From positions 62,001 through 126,000 of the forward strand of contig QPGO01000200.1 of NCBI GenBank assembly GCA_008632985.1: a stretch of 64,000 nt of DNA, written 5' to 3'. The notes below the pieces were generated by a model. That model had not been told where the DNA came from and did not search any database. It worked only from the letters and a program-made list of their open reading frames with translations. Numbering within the stretch: the stretch's first letter is position 1; every line of letters begins with the position of its first letter. The stretch comes from Psammoneis japonica. Taxonomy: Eukaryota. The position numbers and the translations under genes are program-made. This document shows, in pieces, positions 11,001 through 24,329 of this stretch.

Positions 11001-14000
11001 CTCAGCCCCTTCTTCATTGGGCACTGTGAGTTGTTCATGCTTTGGCACATTGGCACAGTCATGTGAAGGTGGTTGCAGTGCTGAAGCTTTCTTTTGTGTG
11101 GGCCACAGGTGCTGCTGCATTTTTCACATTCACTTTTTGTTCATTTTGTCCTTGGCAGCTCTGTCATTTGCAGCCACCAATGTCATCAGGTGAGCCAGCC
11201 ACATGTCTGCACCCAAGCTCATTTGGTGTCATCCCTCATTGAGTGAGATTTTTGTCTTGAGGATCCTGTTTTGTCCACTCCTTCATCTCTGTTGGGCTGC
11301 ACTTTGCTGTTGTCCAGTGCTGCTTTCATCACATGCTGCACTCCTGTGTTTTTGAAGTTGTTGCTGGCATTGTGCTCATCTTGATTGTTGGGCAGGCCAT
11401 CAATTGGATCCTTGGGCTGGTCCTTCATTTGGTGCTGATCTTGTTTGCTGCAGCCATTGTTGCTTTGCTCATCTTCCACTCATGTGGCAGCAGAGTCATT
11501 GTGCACAGCTGCTGTTGGAAGCATTGTTGTTTTGGGAAAAGCTTTGCTTGCATCCAAAAGATGGTCTGCTCTGACATTGTGTCTGCAGCTCTGCCAGTGT
11601 GCAGCTGTTGTCAGTTGTGGGGCCCACTGGGGTGTCATCATGGCCAACATTGTTTTCATTGTCATTGCTGGGATCTGGCAGGACACACGTGCTGCTGTCA
11701 CACCATTGCCATCCCATCTGCCTTGTTTGCATCAACCACTGTTGCCACACCAGCCCTTTAACCTGGCAGTGCAGATGGAGCAGCCAGCAGCCCATGTGCT
11801 GAAATTTTAGCCAGCTTGGAGCCTGGCAGCCAGACTGAGAGGAAGTGTCATCTGCCCTGCTGCATGGTGTTTCCAGTGGCTTTCTGCCAAAGACACAGCA
11901 TTGATTGCTGCCCATCATCACACCCACCTTGGCTTGCAACACAGCACATGAGTTGAAGAGCAGTGCACTGTGCTGGCTCTGGACATGGTGCTTGACACTT
12001 CATGCAAACACTGCTTCATCTCAGCAACATGCTCTTCAAGTGAAGCAGCACTGAGATTGATGCCCACCTCTGCAAGACCTGCTGACTGACAATGGCTCAA
12101 GTTGTCCTTCTGCATGCTGGGTTTTGTGCATTTGGAAACTGCACTTCACATTGTGCCCCACCTTGACTTCTTGTTTGGCAGAGGCAAGCAACATGGTCAC
12201 CATTGTGCTGGTGCCTCACAAGGTCAACACTGCCTTGTTTGACATTCCTCAGGTTGGTTGTGCCACAAAAGGCACACCACTTGTTTTCACACAACAGTGC
12301 AGCAAATGATGTGATGCCCTTGTGCTGGGCTGCCACCAAGGCCTGTGCACATTCTGTGCAGCTTTCAGCACATGGTGATTGCTTGCTCACATCCATCACA
12401 CATCTTTGCTCTTGAAAGCATGCACACCTGGCTTCCAAAGATGTTCTCTGCTGCTCAGACATCTTGGACAGTGACTGGGCAGTTTGAGAAATTTCCTTGT
12501 CACATCTTGTGATTTGGGCAAACCGCCTCACAGCCAGTGCCTTCCAATGGTCATGACCTTCTAGAGCTTGTGTGCAAATGCAGTCATCCCAGAGCAGTCA
12601 CAAGTGGTGTGCCCAGATGTTTTCTCTGCTGCAGCTGCATTAAAAACAAAGCCACCCTGTGCTTCATGAGCTGTGGTCTTTGCAGCATCACAACAGAACA
12701 GCCCGTTCTTGGACTTGATGGCAAAGTTTCTTGTGTTGCTGTCTTCCTTTTGTGCACAGAAAGTGAAGCTGCCTTGGCTGCCACAGGTTGCCCCCAGCAC
12801 TTGGACTTGGCACTGGTAGATGGTTGGGTGTTTGCAGCACCCTGAGGATGCCACAATTTTCCACAACCAGGAGGGAAGGTGGTGCCATGAGGTTGGTCTT
12901 CTTGTCTTGCAAGCTGTGTTGCAGAGGTTGAACATTGTGTGTCTTGTTGAGCATCTTCTTGCTTGAGGACATGATGTGCGTGGGCTGGCTGCCCAACAAA
13001 ACCCAGTTTTGGTTTGCAACCACCCCAATTTCTTGCATTTGCACACCACACACTCTCCTCAGGGACATGAGAAAGGCTCGCTCTCCTGCATGTGCAACCC
13101 GCAGAGTCTTTGTGATGCACTCACAAACACCCTTGCATGGGATTTTGTGTGATGTTGGGCACCCACAGAATTCCATGAGTGAGCTCTGCAGCAAATTGTT
13201 GGGTGATGAATGCACCACTGGTGACTGCCAGCAGAAAAAAGAGGCAGTTTTACAAATGCACAAACTCGTGCATGCTCGCAGCATTGTTTCTAGCTTGCCC
13301 AACATTTTCAGACAATGAAGAAAATGCCCCACCCAATTTTTGCTCACAAAAGCACCAATGCTTGCCTGGTGAATGAAAAGCCTTTTGCTTTGCAAAACAG
13401 AGCTCTCTGCATGCACATGTGAGTCATCATGGCCCAACTGGCCATCTCGTGGCTGGCATGCCTTGCATGAACAAGTGGTTTGTGCAAGATCTGCACAGTG
13501 CCAAACATGTCCCTGCTGTCACACAGGGACTTAAACTCAGCTCAGCTCACTGTGTTACACCCACATGCATTGTGCACAGAATGGTCACACAATCAACAAG
13601 TTTTCACACCTGAGGCAGCACTTGGACCCCATTCCTGTGTGGGGCACAGCCGCACCACTCCCACAAGTGCAAGATGCTCTGGAGACATGAGGAGTGCAGT
13701 TGCCAGCACTTGGTCAAATTGCATTTGGGTTGGCATTAATTGAATGCAGGAAAGCCCAACGGAGCCATGCAGGACCTGCATTGACCTTGCCTCTGGCACA
13801 GAATTTACATGACAGCCAGTTGGCTCATGACTGGTCCGCGGGGAACTCCCACGCAACCAATTTCAAACTGTGCAAACCCACAAGGAGTTGCACTTTCAAA
13901 ACAGTGCACTTGTGCATGATCAGCTGCCCCTGTGGGCCAGCCTGCAGATGCTTGAGCAGCCTTGCTGGACAACCCAGAGGGGATTGCCCACTGCAAAAGA

Positions 14001-14200
14001 GCCAGGGGCAAAAGGGCCGCTGTTGGGACTGGCAAAAAAAGACAGCACTGTGCCACTGCACACAGACTCTCAGAGGAGCACAAACAAAATGGGAAAAGAT
14101 GGTGTCGCTTTCTGAGGTGAGACAGGCCTGAGTGACAAACAACAAAGCATTTCCACGGCAAATTTGACTTTTCCCAGTTGTGCCGTCAGGCAGTTTTCGC
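8020..14200. mobile_element. Heavily decayed repeat/transposon-derived block (family not assignable by eye), depleted of CpG and TpA
   Basis: No coherent ORF. Dozens of short overlapping Cys/His-rich, almost Tyr-free ORFs in all frames. Composition matches the recognisable TE remnants elsewhere in the window. Confidence 0.6.
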
Positions 14201-14499
14201 GTCAGTTCCCACATGAGATTGTTGTTTGTCTCTCGGACACTCGACCAACACTGCCAGCTAGACTACTTGATGTTTTCTTCACCCGCCATCATGGCTGCGG
14301 AAGCAGCAGATAACGATTTAGTTAAGCGCACAACAAGCCAAACACTTCAATGTAACATAAAAGAGATAAATCGCCATCTGCAGTCGGCATCAGGTCGAGG
14401 TCACACTGACCCAGGACACACAGCGTCAAATCCATTTGAAATGCGTGTGTCTGACTCTTTCGATGTGTGCTCCCCACAGTGCTACTATCATATGCGTGC

Positions 14500-14662
14500 T
14501 TGACTCTCCTCTCTACTATACTCTAGACTAGCTCTACTCTAGAGATAAAGTAGCTCTAGCTAGCTAGAGAGAGAGAGAGTAGAGCTCTCTACTAACTCTA
14601 CCAGTAGAGTAGAGAGAGACAGCGAGTACTACCCTACATAGTAGTAGCTACAGTAGTAGATT
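14500..14662. repeat. CTAG/AGAG/GTAG-rich tract at the right border of repeat block 1
   Basis: ctctactatactctagactagctctactctagagataaagtagctctagctagctagagagagagagagtagagctctctact. Confidence 0.8.
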
Positions 14663-14864
14663 GTACATGCGGTGGAGATAGCTGTGACGAGAGCACCGGC
14701 CTGAAGTCTTATCCAATGGGTGTAGATTCGATTGCTAAGTAGTGAGCATCTCCCGGTCTACAAAGTACTAAAACAACAATACACTACTTGTGTGCGTGAA
14801 TTCCACTAGATGGTTGCCACCTTCTTCGATTCTTGTCTGCGTTCTCCAAAGCCGATGCGTACGG

Positions 14865-17800
14865 CTACTCGCGGCTCCCTTCTTCCTCTGAACTCTCACC
14901 ACTTACTTCTTCAATTGTGCTCTGGGTTTTGCCTTCAAAAGTCGAGTGTGATAACGCGCTACCCAGCGAAGTTGATCTGTGCCGGCCGCTGCTCGTACGC
15001 CTTTTCTTCGCAGACGGCGAAAAATTGTCGTCGTCCGACTCGTTCGCGCCCTCTTCGTACAGCGGTGACAGAGACCTGTGAGCCGACATCTTTGACCGAA
15101 TACTGCTGATGCTACTGCCACGTGACAACCTCCCACGAAGCCGAGATGATCTATCCGCGGAACCAGGAGTCATACTTACACTCCTATGGGATTCGTCGCT
15201 ATCTTCAGCGGAAGAGACACTTCGAGGGGAAGATCCCCTCTTCCGTGTCTCCTTAAGCCCGACAGATGCCCGAAAAGCTGTAAGGGCTGCCAGATCGTCC
15301 TCATGCACTTCTGGGAAATCTTCGTGAGCACGAAGCTCCGTCTCGTAATCGATTACAGTATTGCGAACAACTGTGAGTTGATCTTCGTTCTTCTTTATCC
15401 AATTGACATACCTGAACAGTAGGAACGAGATTGTGATGTCAGAGATGCTTAAGGCAGTTGCAATGGAACCCGAAACATAATGCGTCCCTACCTGCTCAAG
15501 ATGTTCAAAAAGGTTAGGCGGACGCCTAACATCAACTCATCGTCATCTTCATCCGCGACGCCTCCTGTTTTTGTTGTTGAAAATGCAAACCGAATACCCT
15601 CTTTGACAAATCCCAAAAGTGCCGGCGACAATTTCTCGTCACGTAGCTTGCCAACTCCCAGTGACATCGAAAGCCTAGCTCCTTGTTGCTCCAAAGTATG
15701 GAACTTAGTATGAGGAAACGAAGGTTGTAAGAAAACCTCTCCACAGCAAGTTGACAAAGAAAATCACACTACAACTTACCAACTTCTCGTGTTTTCGCTC
15801 CTCTTCCTCGAACGCGGCCATTTCTTCGTCAGTTGGGCAGTCATTTTCTAACTCATCTGGTCGCATTTCCGACCAGTCCTCGTACGACTGTCGCAAACAA
15901 GCCATGTGAGCTTCTAGGAGTCGGACGGGTTCGACCTTCTTCATCAAACGAGACAGTGCACCGATCAGGTCTGAAGCGGCCGTCCCGCTACCAGTTACAT
16001 GCGCAAGTGCAACACCAGCTTCCCTACGGTTGCCTTGTCGCCAATTCGTACCAAGCCCGCGGCCCATTGTAAGGAGCAAAGGCTGTACAAGATCCATATC
16101 CTCCTTATCTTCGCGCTCGCTTTCACGAAGCTGGGGAAGCGACAGAAACTTGTGAGATGAGTGGATAAAGTAAATTTTTGCACGATGACAGTTAGTACAT
16201 CTCTCTTACATGTTCCTCTTTCGATCGAAAGAACCGAATAAAGCCGCCAATGAGTCGCCCGTCTTGAGTCAACGCACAAGCCCTGAGTAACGGACTCACG
16301 GCATCGGCCCATTCCCTTGGGAAAAGCATACGCAAATCGGATGCCACCACTCCGGCGTGAATCTGCACCGCTTCTGCAAACTCACGGTGTTCGGTTGAGT
16401 ACGGCGACCCTTCCTGTTCCTCCTCCGTTTCTTGGTCTGGAAGGTACTGCTCAAAGCAGAGTTCTGCGATGGAAACCAGTTGGTCCCTCAGGCGGACAAC
16501 GATGTGATCAGTCATGTCTTCGTCACTTTCATCAATGTCCATATCGTTTGTTCCGTTCGGTACTAGGAGGTTCTCTTCTTCCTGAGCTTCGCGTAGCTTC
16601 CATGCCGTGGTAGCTAGAAGAAAAGACATGGCTTCATTAGTAGATTTTGCAACTGCGCCGTGCACATCGGCGTCGCAGTTCTTCCACACATCCGGAATAA
16701 CAACCTGGGTCTCTTCGTCATCATTCTCTCCTTCCATGAATTCCAACTTACGCTCCTCTAAACGCCTGGCTATACCTTCGACCACTGAGCCGCAGATAGC
16801 TTCGATTCCATTGCTCGGCGACTGAGTCGAGCTTTCCAGAAGATTGGCAAGGTCACACCTTTTCGAGAGCACACGAAGTCTCTTCAAGCAAAGATAGATT
16901 GCATGCTCGACGTCCTTCTTGTCGTGAGTGCCATGAGCGTCGTTGGTCACAGATGTTTCAGCTGAACACTGACTTGACGGTGAGGACGCTTTGCTACGTC
17001 GTCGCTTGGCCGGACTCTTCTTATTCTCTCCGGTGGCGTCGTTGTCCTTCTTGAGCAATTCCACGAGCCTATCTCCAAGCGTCGAGACCATTTGCTTCAA
17101 CTGCAAACGACCGTCACGAGCTCTCGAGTGATCCCCACGAGACAGGAACATCAAAGACAACGCGGTATTTTGAAGGACTGAATCATCTGCCGACTCGAGG
17201 AAAATGCCCGAGAGGCTCTTTATCAAAGCCACGAAGTCTTTCTTGCGCTGCGGCAGACTGACGACAGACGGCACTGACACACAAAGCGTAAAAAGTGGTG
17301 ATGAGCAACGTGGCAACGACGCCAACAGCATACAAATGACGAAGCAATAAGGAATCACGTACGCAAATATCTGGGGAGCTTTGTGAGACTGCCTAGAACA
17401 GCAGAGTCTCCCTTGAACTTTGTGATCAATTCTGGAAGCGACTTAAGCAGTGCGACAGAGAGCGTTTCGTGTGCGTTCCCTTCGCCAGTTGAGGTTTTGC
17501 TACGTTTGCTGGGAGGCTTACTTGCCTCTACTAGCAGCCCTGAATTCGACGTTGCGCCTACAGCATCAGTGTCAACGTCGCCAAGCAAGAAGTCCGGGTC
17601 TGCAACTTCTGCAACCTCCGCTTCCGCAGCACAGGCAAGCATCTGCACAAGAATCCGCTGTCGCACGTGCACATCGTCGACGTTATCCCCATCCTCGGTT
17701 GATGAAGCACCCGAATCTTCGCTAATGGATTTGAGCATTGTTGGCCAATTGGTTGCGAGAGATCTGTATTTTGGCATATCTCGAAGAGAGTAAATTATAA

Positions 17801-20055
17801 AATCTGCGAGCTGGAAATCGAGGTCGTCGTTGGGGTCTGTGTTGTAGTGAAGTGTATGCGCGATCCTGTTACATCGAAGAAGGCGACGATTGTTGAGATA
17901 CACCCTGCCGGAAAGGAACCACGAAAGGAGAAACGAAGACTTACCAGTTCACCAATTCAGCAAGACGCCGACTTGCGACATGGTTCGATGACCGAGCAAG
18001 CGATGCGCTCTTGTCACTCGAAACGTTTGACACTCCATGTGGGTCGGAATCAGCTTCTTCATCGAAGGGCTCTAGCTGATCAATAATGAAATAGAGAGCA
18101 TCCCGACGTACAAGCGGAGAGGCATCGCGTGCAATCGCTCGTGTGTTGATCCGGGTCCAGAAATCTTCTTCCTTGTCTTCTTCCAGATCATCAAGAAACC
18201 CGTTCTGCAGAAGTGCTAAAAGTAGCGCCATCGCTTTCTCTTGGACGGCGATGCTGACGTCGTTGACACATTCCACCATTCTATTCAAGAATTTGGAGAC
18301 AACGTTGCGCATCGACTCAATATCAATTTTGAAGCGCCCGCTTCTTCCTTTTGACCCGTCCTTTTGCTGGGTGACTTGAAAAGGGACTAGCAAGCCGTTC
18401 ACGCTTGCGATCCGGACAGCGGCGGTCTTGTCGTGCATCATCCAACCAAAATACTTGAGGTACTTGTCCTTGAGAAAGAGATCGGGTCTCTGTAGCGTCA
18501 TCATCGAGAGCGCCTCGACACAGGCGCGGCGGATATGCATACTGGAGTCCCGGTACCGGTGCATGAAAACGCCTTGAATGACTGAACTCATCACAACCTC
18601 TTCCAGGTCAGCACGCGTTCGCTTGAGAGAATCAATCTGGTGCTTCAATGACTCTGCCTTGAGCGAAAGTTTGGAACGCTGCTTCTTGCCTCCTGCAGCA
18701 GCGGTAAACTGACGAGATGCTACATCAATCTTGGAAGTCAGGACTACCGTCTGGTCCAACAAGGCTCTAGCCATGCAAAGAGCCGCAGTTGTGGCTGCAG
18801 CGCGAATGTCGGGTTGACCGACGGAGGTAAGCTCGAGGATCCTCAAAATCACATCCCGTATAATTTCCGTATGAAAGCGCGACGTGGATGTAAAAGTTGT
18901 GGGTTCCCTGAGATCACTGTCGGTCGAGTCCTCGTCCTCGTCTTCACTGATCTGCGCCGTGTTGTTAGTACTAGACACACTCTCTGACAGAGCCACCATC
19001 CCGAAGACATAAAAGAACTCTTCAAAAATCTTTCGGTATTCCCGCACGCCAAGGGCCGATGCGGCAACCGTGAGTTTGGATGGATCCCTTCGCGACTCCA
19101 TGGCTGCCGCGTGGGCTGCCCCGTCCGGGTCAGCGCTGAATAAAATATGTTCAACGGGTTTGTGTCTCATTTCGTCGACAAGATCCGTCACAACCGATTC
19201 CCACTGTTTGTTGTCCATGTCCTCCAAGGTTTCTTCTTCTGGATTTATGCTCGTCTCAGTCGACCCCCCAACAGAACGAAAGATAAGGTTCAATATGGCC
19301 GTTTGAGCCTTGTTGGGGTCGTCCTTGTTCTGTTCGACCACGCGACGAGCAACGTCTCTAGACCCGTTGTGTAGACCGTTCTGTTCTCCTCTCGAACCGG
19401 ACGTTGCGTTTCCTTGGAGGTACTTCTGTCGAACTTATGAGCTTGTAGTAGAGCGGCTGCCAACGAGTTCTCTGGATTCTCTTCCTTCTCCAACGCTTTT
19501 TTCGCAAGCGAAGCCAGAGCGGTTTGGAGTGCTTTCGGAGGCACACTTCCTTTCGGGGCGCGAGTTCTCGCCCCCTTCTTCGTCGGAGCGCCCGCCTTCG
19601 CACCAATCTTTTTCGCTGCTGGGCCCTTGAACTTCTTCGTAGAGCGTCTTGGCGTGGAACGTTTCGACTCGAATTCCTCCTCGTCACCAGAAGAGTTCTC
19701 GTCGGAAGACGGTTCGTTTTCCTCCTCGTTTACCGATTCGGGTTCTGTGTCGTTCTGCTCACCTGCTCCTTTGGAGGCTTCGTCATCTGAGTCTTCTTCA
19801 TCTGAGTCCCTGTAACGATAACGTCCAATTGAAATAGCATACCGATGGTTAGACGCTCTCATCATGGTGGCAGACGACTCCATACGTACAGATCCGCCGG
19901 CAACGAACGCAGCGAAAAGTAAACATGATGGTAGCTCCTTACGCTCGCTCTTACCTCGATTTCGCCGGACTGGCTTCCTCAAGCAACTTCTTTGCTTCAT
20001 CATAAACAGTCTGAGCCGGACGTCTAGTCCGGGCCGACCGTCGCACTGCCGTCAT
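14865..20055 (-). CDS. SCC3: Cohesin subunit SCC3/STAG (SA), about 7 exons; apparent 1-nt frameshift near 19355
   Basis: STAG/SCD motifs QPDIRAAAT and GVFMHRYRDSSMHIRRAC..FLKDKYLKYFGWMMHDK..VR. Approximate exons: 20055-19955, 19810-17945, 17866-17362, 17274-16210, 16130-15780, 15706-15492, 15412-14865, with GT-AG boundaries. Confidence 0.9.
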
Positions 20056-20364
20056 TGTGTGGTGCTCTCAGCTGCGGCTGCTTGTTGTTGCTGCTTTCGA
20101 CTTTCGAGAGGAGTGACAGCGGCGGCGCTGAGAGCGGTGTGTTGCAGCGAGTTTGATATTTTGGCGCGTCAACTTGAAAAGTGTTGTCGAATTCTACGCG
20201 ATCCAGTACTTTACGAGCGTGCCGGCGTCTCGCGCCGTTCCCGCCTCCAACCCAAAATCTTCTCAGATGATTTGTTCGACTAAACTATTGATGTCTGTCT
20301 GTCATCTACCGGTATTGCCACTTGCCAAATGCTCTGATGCATCATCTTGGATGCATGATTGATT

Positions 20365-20510
20365 CCTCTCTCTACCGGTATCTACTACTCTCTCTAGAGT
20401 AGCTAGTAGTAGTAGCTTCTCTAGCTAGAGGGCCCTACTCTAGTAGAGTAGAGAGGTACCGGTAGGAATACTCTTCTACTAGTAGTAGAGAGTACCGCTG
20501 CTAGAGCACA
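20365..20510. repeat. CTAG/GTAG-rich intergenic tract with TACCGGTA x2 and GAGGGCCCTA
   Basis: tctaccggtatctactactctctctagagtagctagtagtagtagcttctctagctagagggccctactctagtagagtagagaggtaccggtag. Confidence 0.8.
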
Positions 20511-20614
20511 TGCGCATGGAGAAGCCTAATTCATCCCAAAAGCCAACGCAGTACAGTAAGGTTATCTATGTATAATTTGTGCTACTATTTTCAATTTCAC
20601 GGAGACCTAACCTG

Positions 20615-21951
20615 TCACAGAGCTGCCACAGTCGGTAGAGGCACGTCATTGTAGCTAATTTCAATCTCACGGTTTTCTGCGTTGGATTTGGCAGCTGCAT
20701 CAGCAACCTTCTGAACTCGAATACAATCATCTGCACTAATTTTCCAAGGGGAACCCAGTAGCAATGTATCCGCGAAAGCGTCCAGTTCGGAAGCGAAGGC
20801 CTGGTTGAATCTCTGAGGGAACGAATGTTTGAGTCTCGATCTGTGAATCCCAGAGCGATCAGAGAGGACAGCACTGTGTTCGTGTTCATTACCAACTGAC
20901 ACATGACCCAAGTCACCGAATATTTCACAGCGTTGGTCGTAGCCATAGGTCGCAGAACGACTCATGAAGAGTGTCACGACAGCTCCTGATCAGTACATGC
21001 CGCAGACTGAAATGTAAGCGAATTAAATTGCACGGAAACCCCATTTACAGTACGACGCTCTCACCTTTTTGAAACTTCATCACCATTGTTGCGTTGTCGT
21101 GTACGCCACAGGCGGCCAACTCATCAGTCGAGGACGTACCAGTGGCAAAGACGCTCACCACCTCGTCCTGTAGCGCCCAGCGAATGAAATCCACATCATG
21201 CGCACTCAGGTCCATAAAGATGTTCCCTCCAGTTAACAGGAATTCTTTTGGTGGCACAGGGTGGTCGGCAAAAAACAAATTTGCAGTAATTGGCCTTCCG
21301 AGTCCACCCGTGTGAACTGCATTTGCAGCCGCCGCGTAAGAGTGGTCAAAGCGTCTCTGGAATCCGCAGCATAAGGTTATTCCGCCGTCTAAGGCGGCTG
21401 CAAAGGCACGTCAATCTTTTCAGCGGTCTCCTCTACAGGTTTTTCTGTAAAGACGGACAAGCCGTTGGAAGCAGCTTCCTCAATCACAGATTCGTGAGTG
21501 AATGTAGGGGTTGACAGTACTATCGCGTCCAAGCTTGATTCGCTAAACGGTGCGTTTGAGCCAATTCCAGCCATTGCATCAGACAGACTCGTGAACGGAG
21601 TCGTCTACACGAGCATTAGATAGAGGGAGTGGGGCGTGAGACGACATCAAATGATGCTTTGTTCGCGAAAAAAGCTCTTTTCTTCTTGCCTAGCCTGAGC
21701 TTTCTTACCCCAAACTTCGTTGCCGCAGCCGTCGCTCCCTCGTAGTCAACATCCACAATTCCGCATAGCTCAAACCTCGGATTAGCGTACACAAGCGAAG
21801 CTCGAATCTGACCCATCCTACCACTTCCCACAACGACAACCTTTGCCCGTTTTCCAACTGTGGAAGTGGTCGACGAAAGCCACCTCTGCAACGCATTGCT
21901 TCGATCTCTCCCGCAAAGTCGTCTTGAGATAGAAACAGAATATGGCACCAT
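20615..21951 (-). CDS. Gfo/Idh/MocA oxidoreductase (myo-inositol 2-dehydrogenase-like); 2 introns and an apparent 1-nt frameshift near 21410
   Basis: VVVGSGRMGQIRA, STPTFTH, VFTEKPV, CGFQRRFD, GGNIFMDLSAHDVD, YGYDQRCEIFG. Confidence 0.85.
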
Positions 21952-22509
21952 AGTTGAAGGAATGTATTCCGGCAAGTCTACCGCAGCCGAATCACGTCAT
22001 CAACTCAACGAAAGTTTCACTTGAGGTAGGGTAGGTATGTCTTGTGTGCTACCTTTTTGTTGTCAGAAATAATGGCATGATAATGTTGAATGTCATGAAC
22101 GAATGTCGTGTTGTCGTTGCAGTTTCGTGGCGCGCGTGACATCCGTGACAGCCTCAATCACTTTCATGAATATTCTCCAGACATGTATACTGTAGTTAAA
22201 ATTCTTTGAATCGATGATATTGAATTCTTTGAACATGAAAATAATATTGGAATCAATGGCCTTCAGCTTCAGGCGATTGCGCTCTTTTTCTACTAACCAT
22301 ACGTACGTCGCGGACGGACGCGAATGAACGCATAAATGGTGAGCACACAAACCGGCGTTGAAACATAGTCTTACTTCGTTTCATGGAATCCTAGTTTGTA
22401 GGTTGAATTCAAATAAACGAGAATTCAAGTCGAAGACTCACAAAGAACCTCAAGTCCGATGCGCCATCTTGTCAGTTTTCGAACCAGGACGCACACTTCT
22501 GATTCCGAC

Positions 22510-24329
22510 TTAATCGAGGCGTTTCCATCTTGAGTTAATGAATTGTATACCACATCCCATAATGGCCTCTCCTGTGGTTGGGTACGCGTGGATATTACGC
22601 CCAATTGCAAACAGGCCGATGTTCTCTTTCATGGCAAGGGTTACCTCGTTGATTAATTCACCTGCGCGATTTGCAACGATGACAGCACCAACAATCTCAT
22701 CAGTTTCCTCTTTGCAAAATATCTTGACAAACCCACGGTCCGAACTCTCCAAAATCGCACGATCGTTGTGTTCAAGCCCTGCACGATACACGTCTACCTT
22801 CAAACCAACCTTGTCGGCGGCTTCCTCTCCAATTATACCTACTGTGGCATATTCGGGTTCGGTGTAAGCCACGGCCGGCTGCCATACCATACCGGGATCA
22901 TTATTTACATATAATATAGTGAAATGCATGAGACAACGAGGTTTGAGTCTTCGAACGCCCAACCAATACACACAGCAAGAATTCAATCGCGGGTACGTAC
23001 AACAACAAGGCTACTGAGCTTCCAAGTATCGTTGAAAAGAGAATTCTGGACGGCGAGCTTGGCCATTTCTCCGCTCATGTGTGTCAGCCGAGGCACACCA
23101 GCGCAGCAATCTCCAACCGCAAAAATGTCTGGGTTGCTTACTGACCGAGCAAAATCGTCTACCAGAATACCCTTGCCAACCTCGTACTCTACCCCAGCGT
23201 TTTCAAGACCCAAATCTTCGACATTCGCGGCTCGTCCTGTAGCCACCAGTAAACACTCGCACTCAAGGTCAATCTCCTTTCCATTTTTAGCGGTCACGGC
23301 GACTTTCATGAGTGGTAATTCGCCTTGACTGCCCCTGTCTCGCAGAGTTGTCACTTTGTCAGTTTTTCCTGACAAGAATGTGACCCCGTCGTCCTCAAGA
23401 GCAGACTGCAAAACTTTAGCTGCTTCTTTGTCTCCACCTTTTGAACCAAACAAGCGCTCGGAACGCTGAATAACGGTAACCTGAGTCCCAAAGGTAGCGA
23501 ACGTCTGTGCCATTTCCAGCGATATCACCCCGGCTCCGAGAATTACCATTCGTGGAGGCAAAGTCTCTAAGTTGAAAAGTATCTCGTTCGTAGTGTATGG
23601 AGCGTCCGCAAGGCCTGGAATCGATGGAACGACCGGTCGTCCTCCAGTTGCAATCACTGCTTTCTTGAATTGAAGTGTGACTCCATTGACCTCAAGTGTG
23701 TTGCGTCCTGTAAATCGCCCTCGTCCCTGAAAGACATGTGCACCAGCGGCACGTGTTCCAACATGCCCATCAGCGGGCGCGATTATAGATCGCTTTTCTC
23801 GCAAACGTTTCATAATAAGGTCAAAGTCAATGTTAATCTCTCCCTCAGGAAGGATGACACCAAACTGAGCTGCACGTCGAACCTCGGCAATAGCTCGAGC
23901 TGATCGGATCAAGGCCTTGCTTGGAACACATCCCACGTTCAGACAGTCGCCACCTGCTAGTAATTCGCTGATCATGGCACTTTTTGCTCCACGCCGAGCA
24001 GCCTGCTTCGACGACACAAGGCCACCAGCTCCAGCGCCAACAGCGATCAAATCATAGATCACATGCACCTCCGCATCGGACTGTTCGTATCCACGTGGAT
24101 GTACTTCGTTGAGGAGAACGGCGTTGTATTCATCAAGTGGCCAAACATCGAGCTTCTCGCGTGCCTCTTTAGCTTGGCTTTCATCAGATGATGTCCATGA
24201 TGATGACATGGCAGAACACGTTCGGCTTGGCCTCGGTTGAGCGTGTGCGATAGGGAACGCACGTTGCAGAGAGAATCTTGACACCAACAAAAGTGCCGTC
24301 TGTGAAAATGGGATGACAGTCTGTTTCAT
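22510..24329 (-). CDS. Class I pyridine nucleotide-disulfide oxidoreductase (mercuric reductase/dihydrolipoamide dehydrogenase-like); intron 22879-23000
   Basis: GAGAGG FAD motif, redox motif GGDCLNVGCVPSKAL, IATGG, LVATGR, IFAVGD, YTEPE and IHAYPT. Start at 24329 or 24209. Confidence 0.9.

Noticed and set aside
7700..14200. Many 100-250 aa ORFs in all six frames of the repeat blocks (also 45.5-54 and 57.5-64 kb)
   Set aside because: Artefact of TA loss, which removes TAA and TAG stops. The products are Cys/His-rich, nearly Tyr-free and have no coherent domains.
6730..14200. Fungal-type RIP, or an alternative genetic code, as the explanation for the composition
   Set aside because: RIP enriches TpA, the opposite of what is seen. 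Flanking genes use TAA, TAG, TGA and Tyr codons normally.
22510..24329. Calling this gene merA
   Set aside because: No C-terminal Cys-Cys pair or N-terminal metal-binding domain; only the family-level call is supported.
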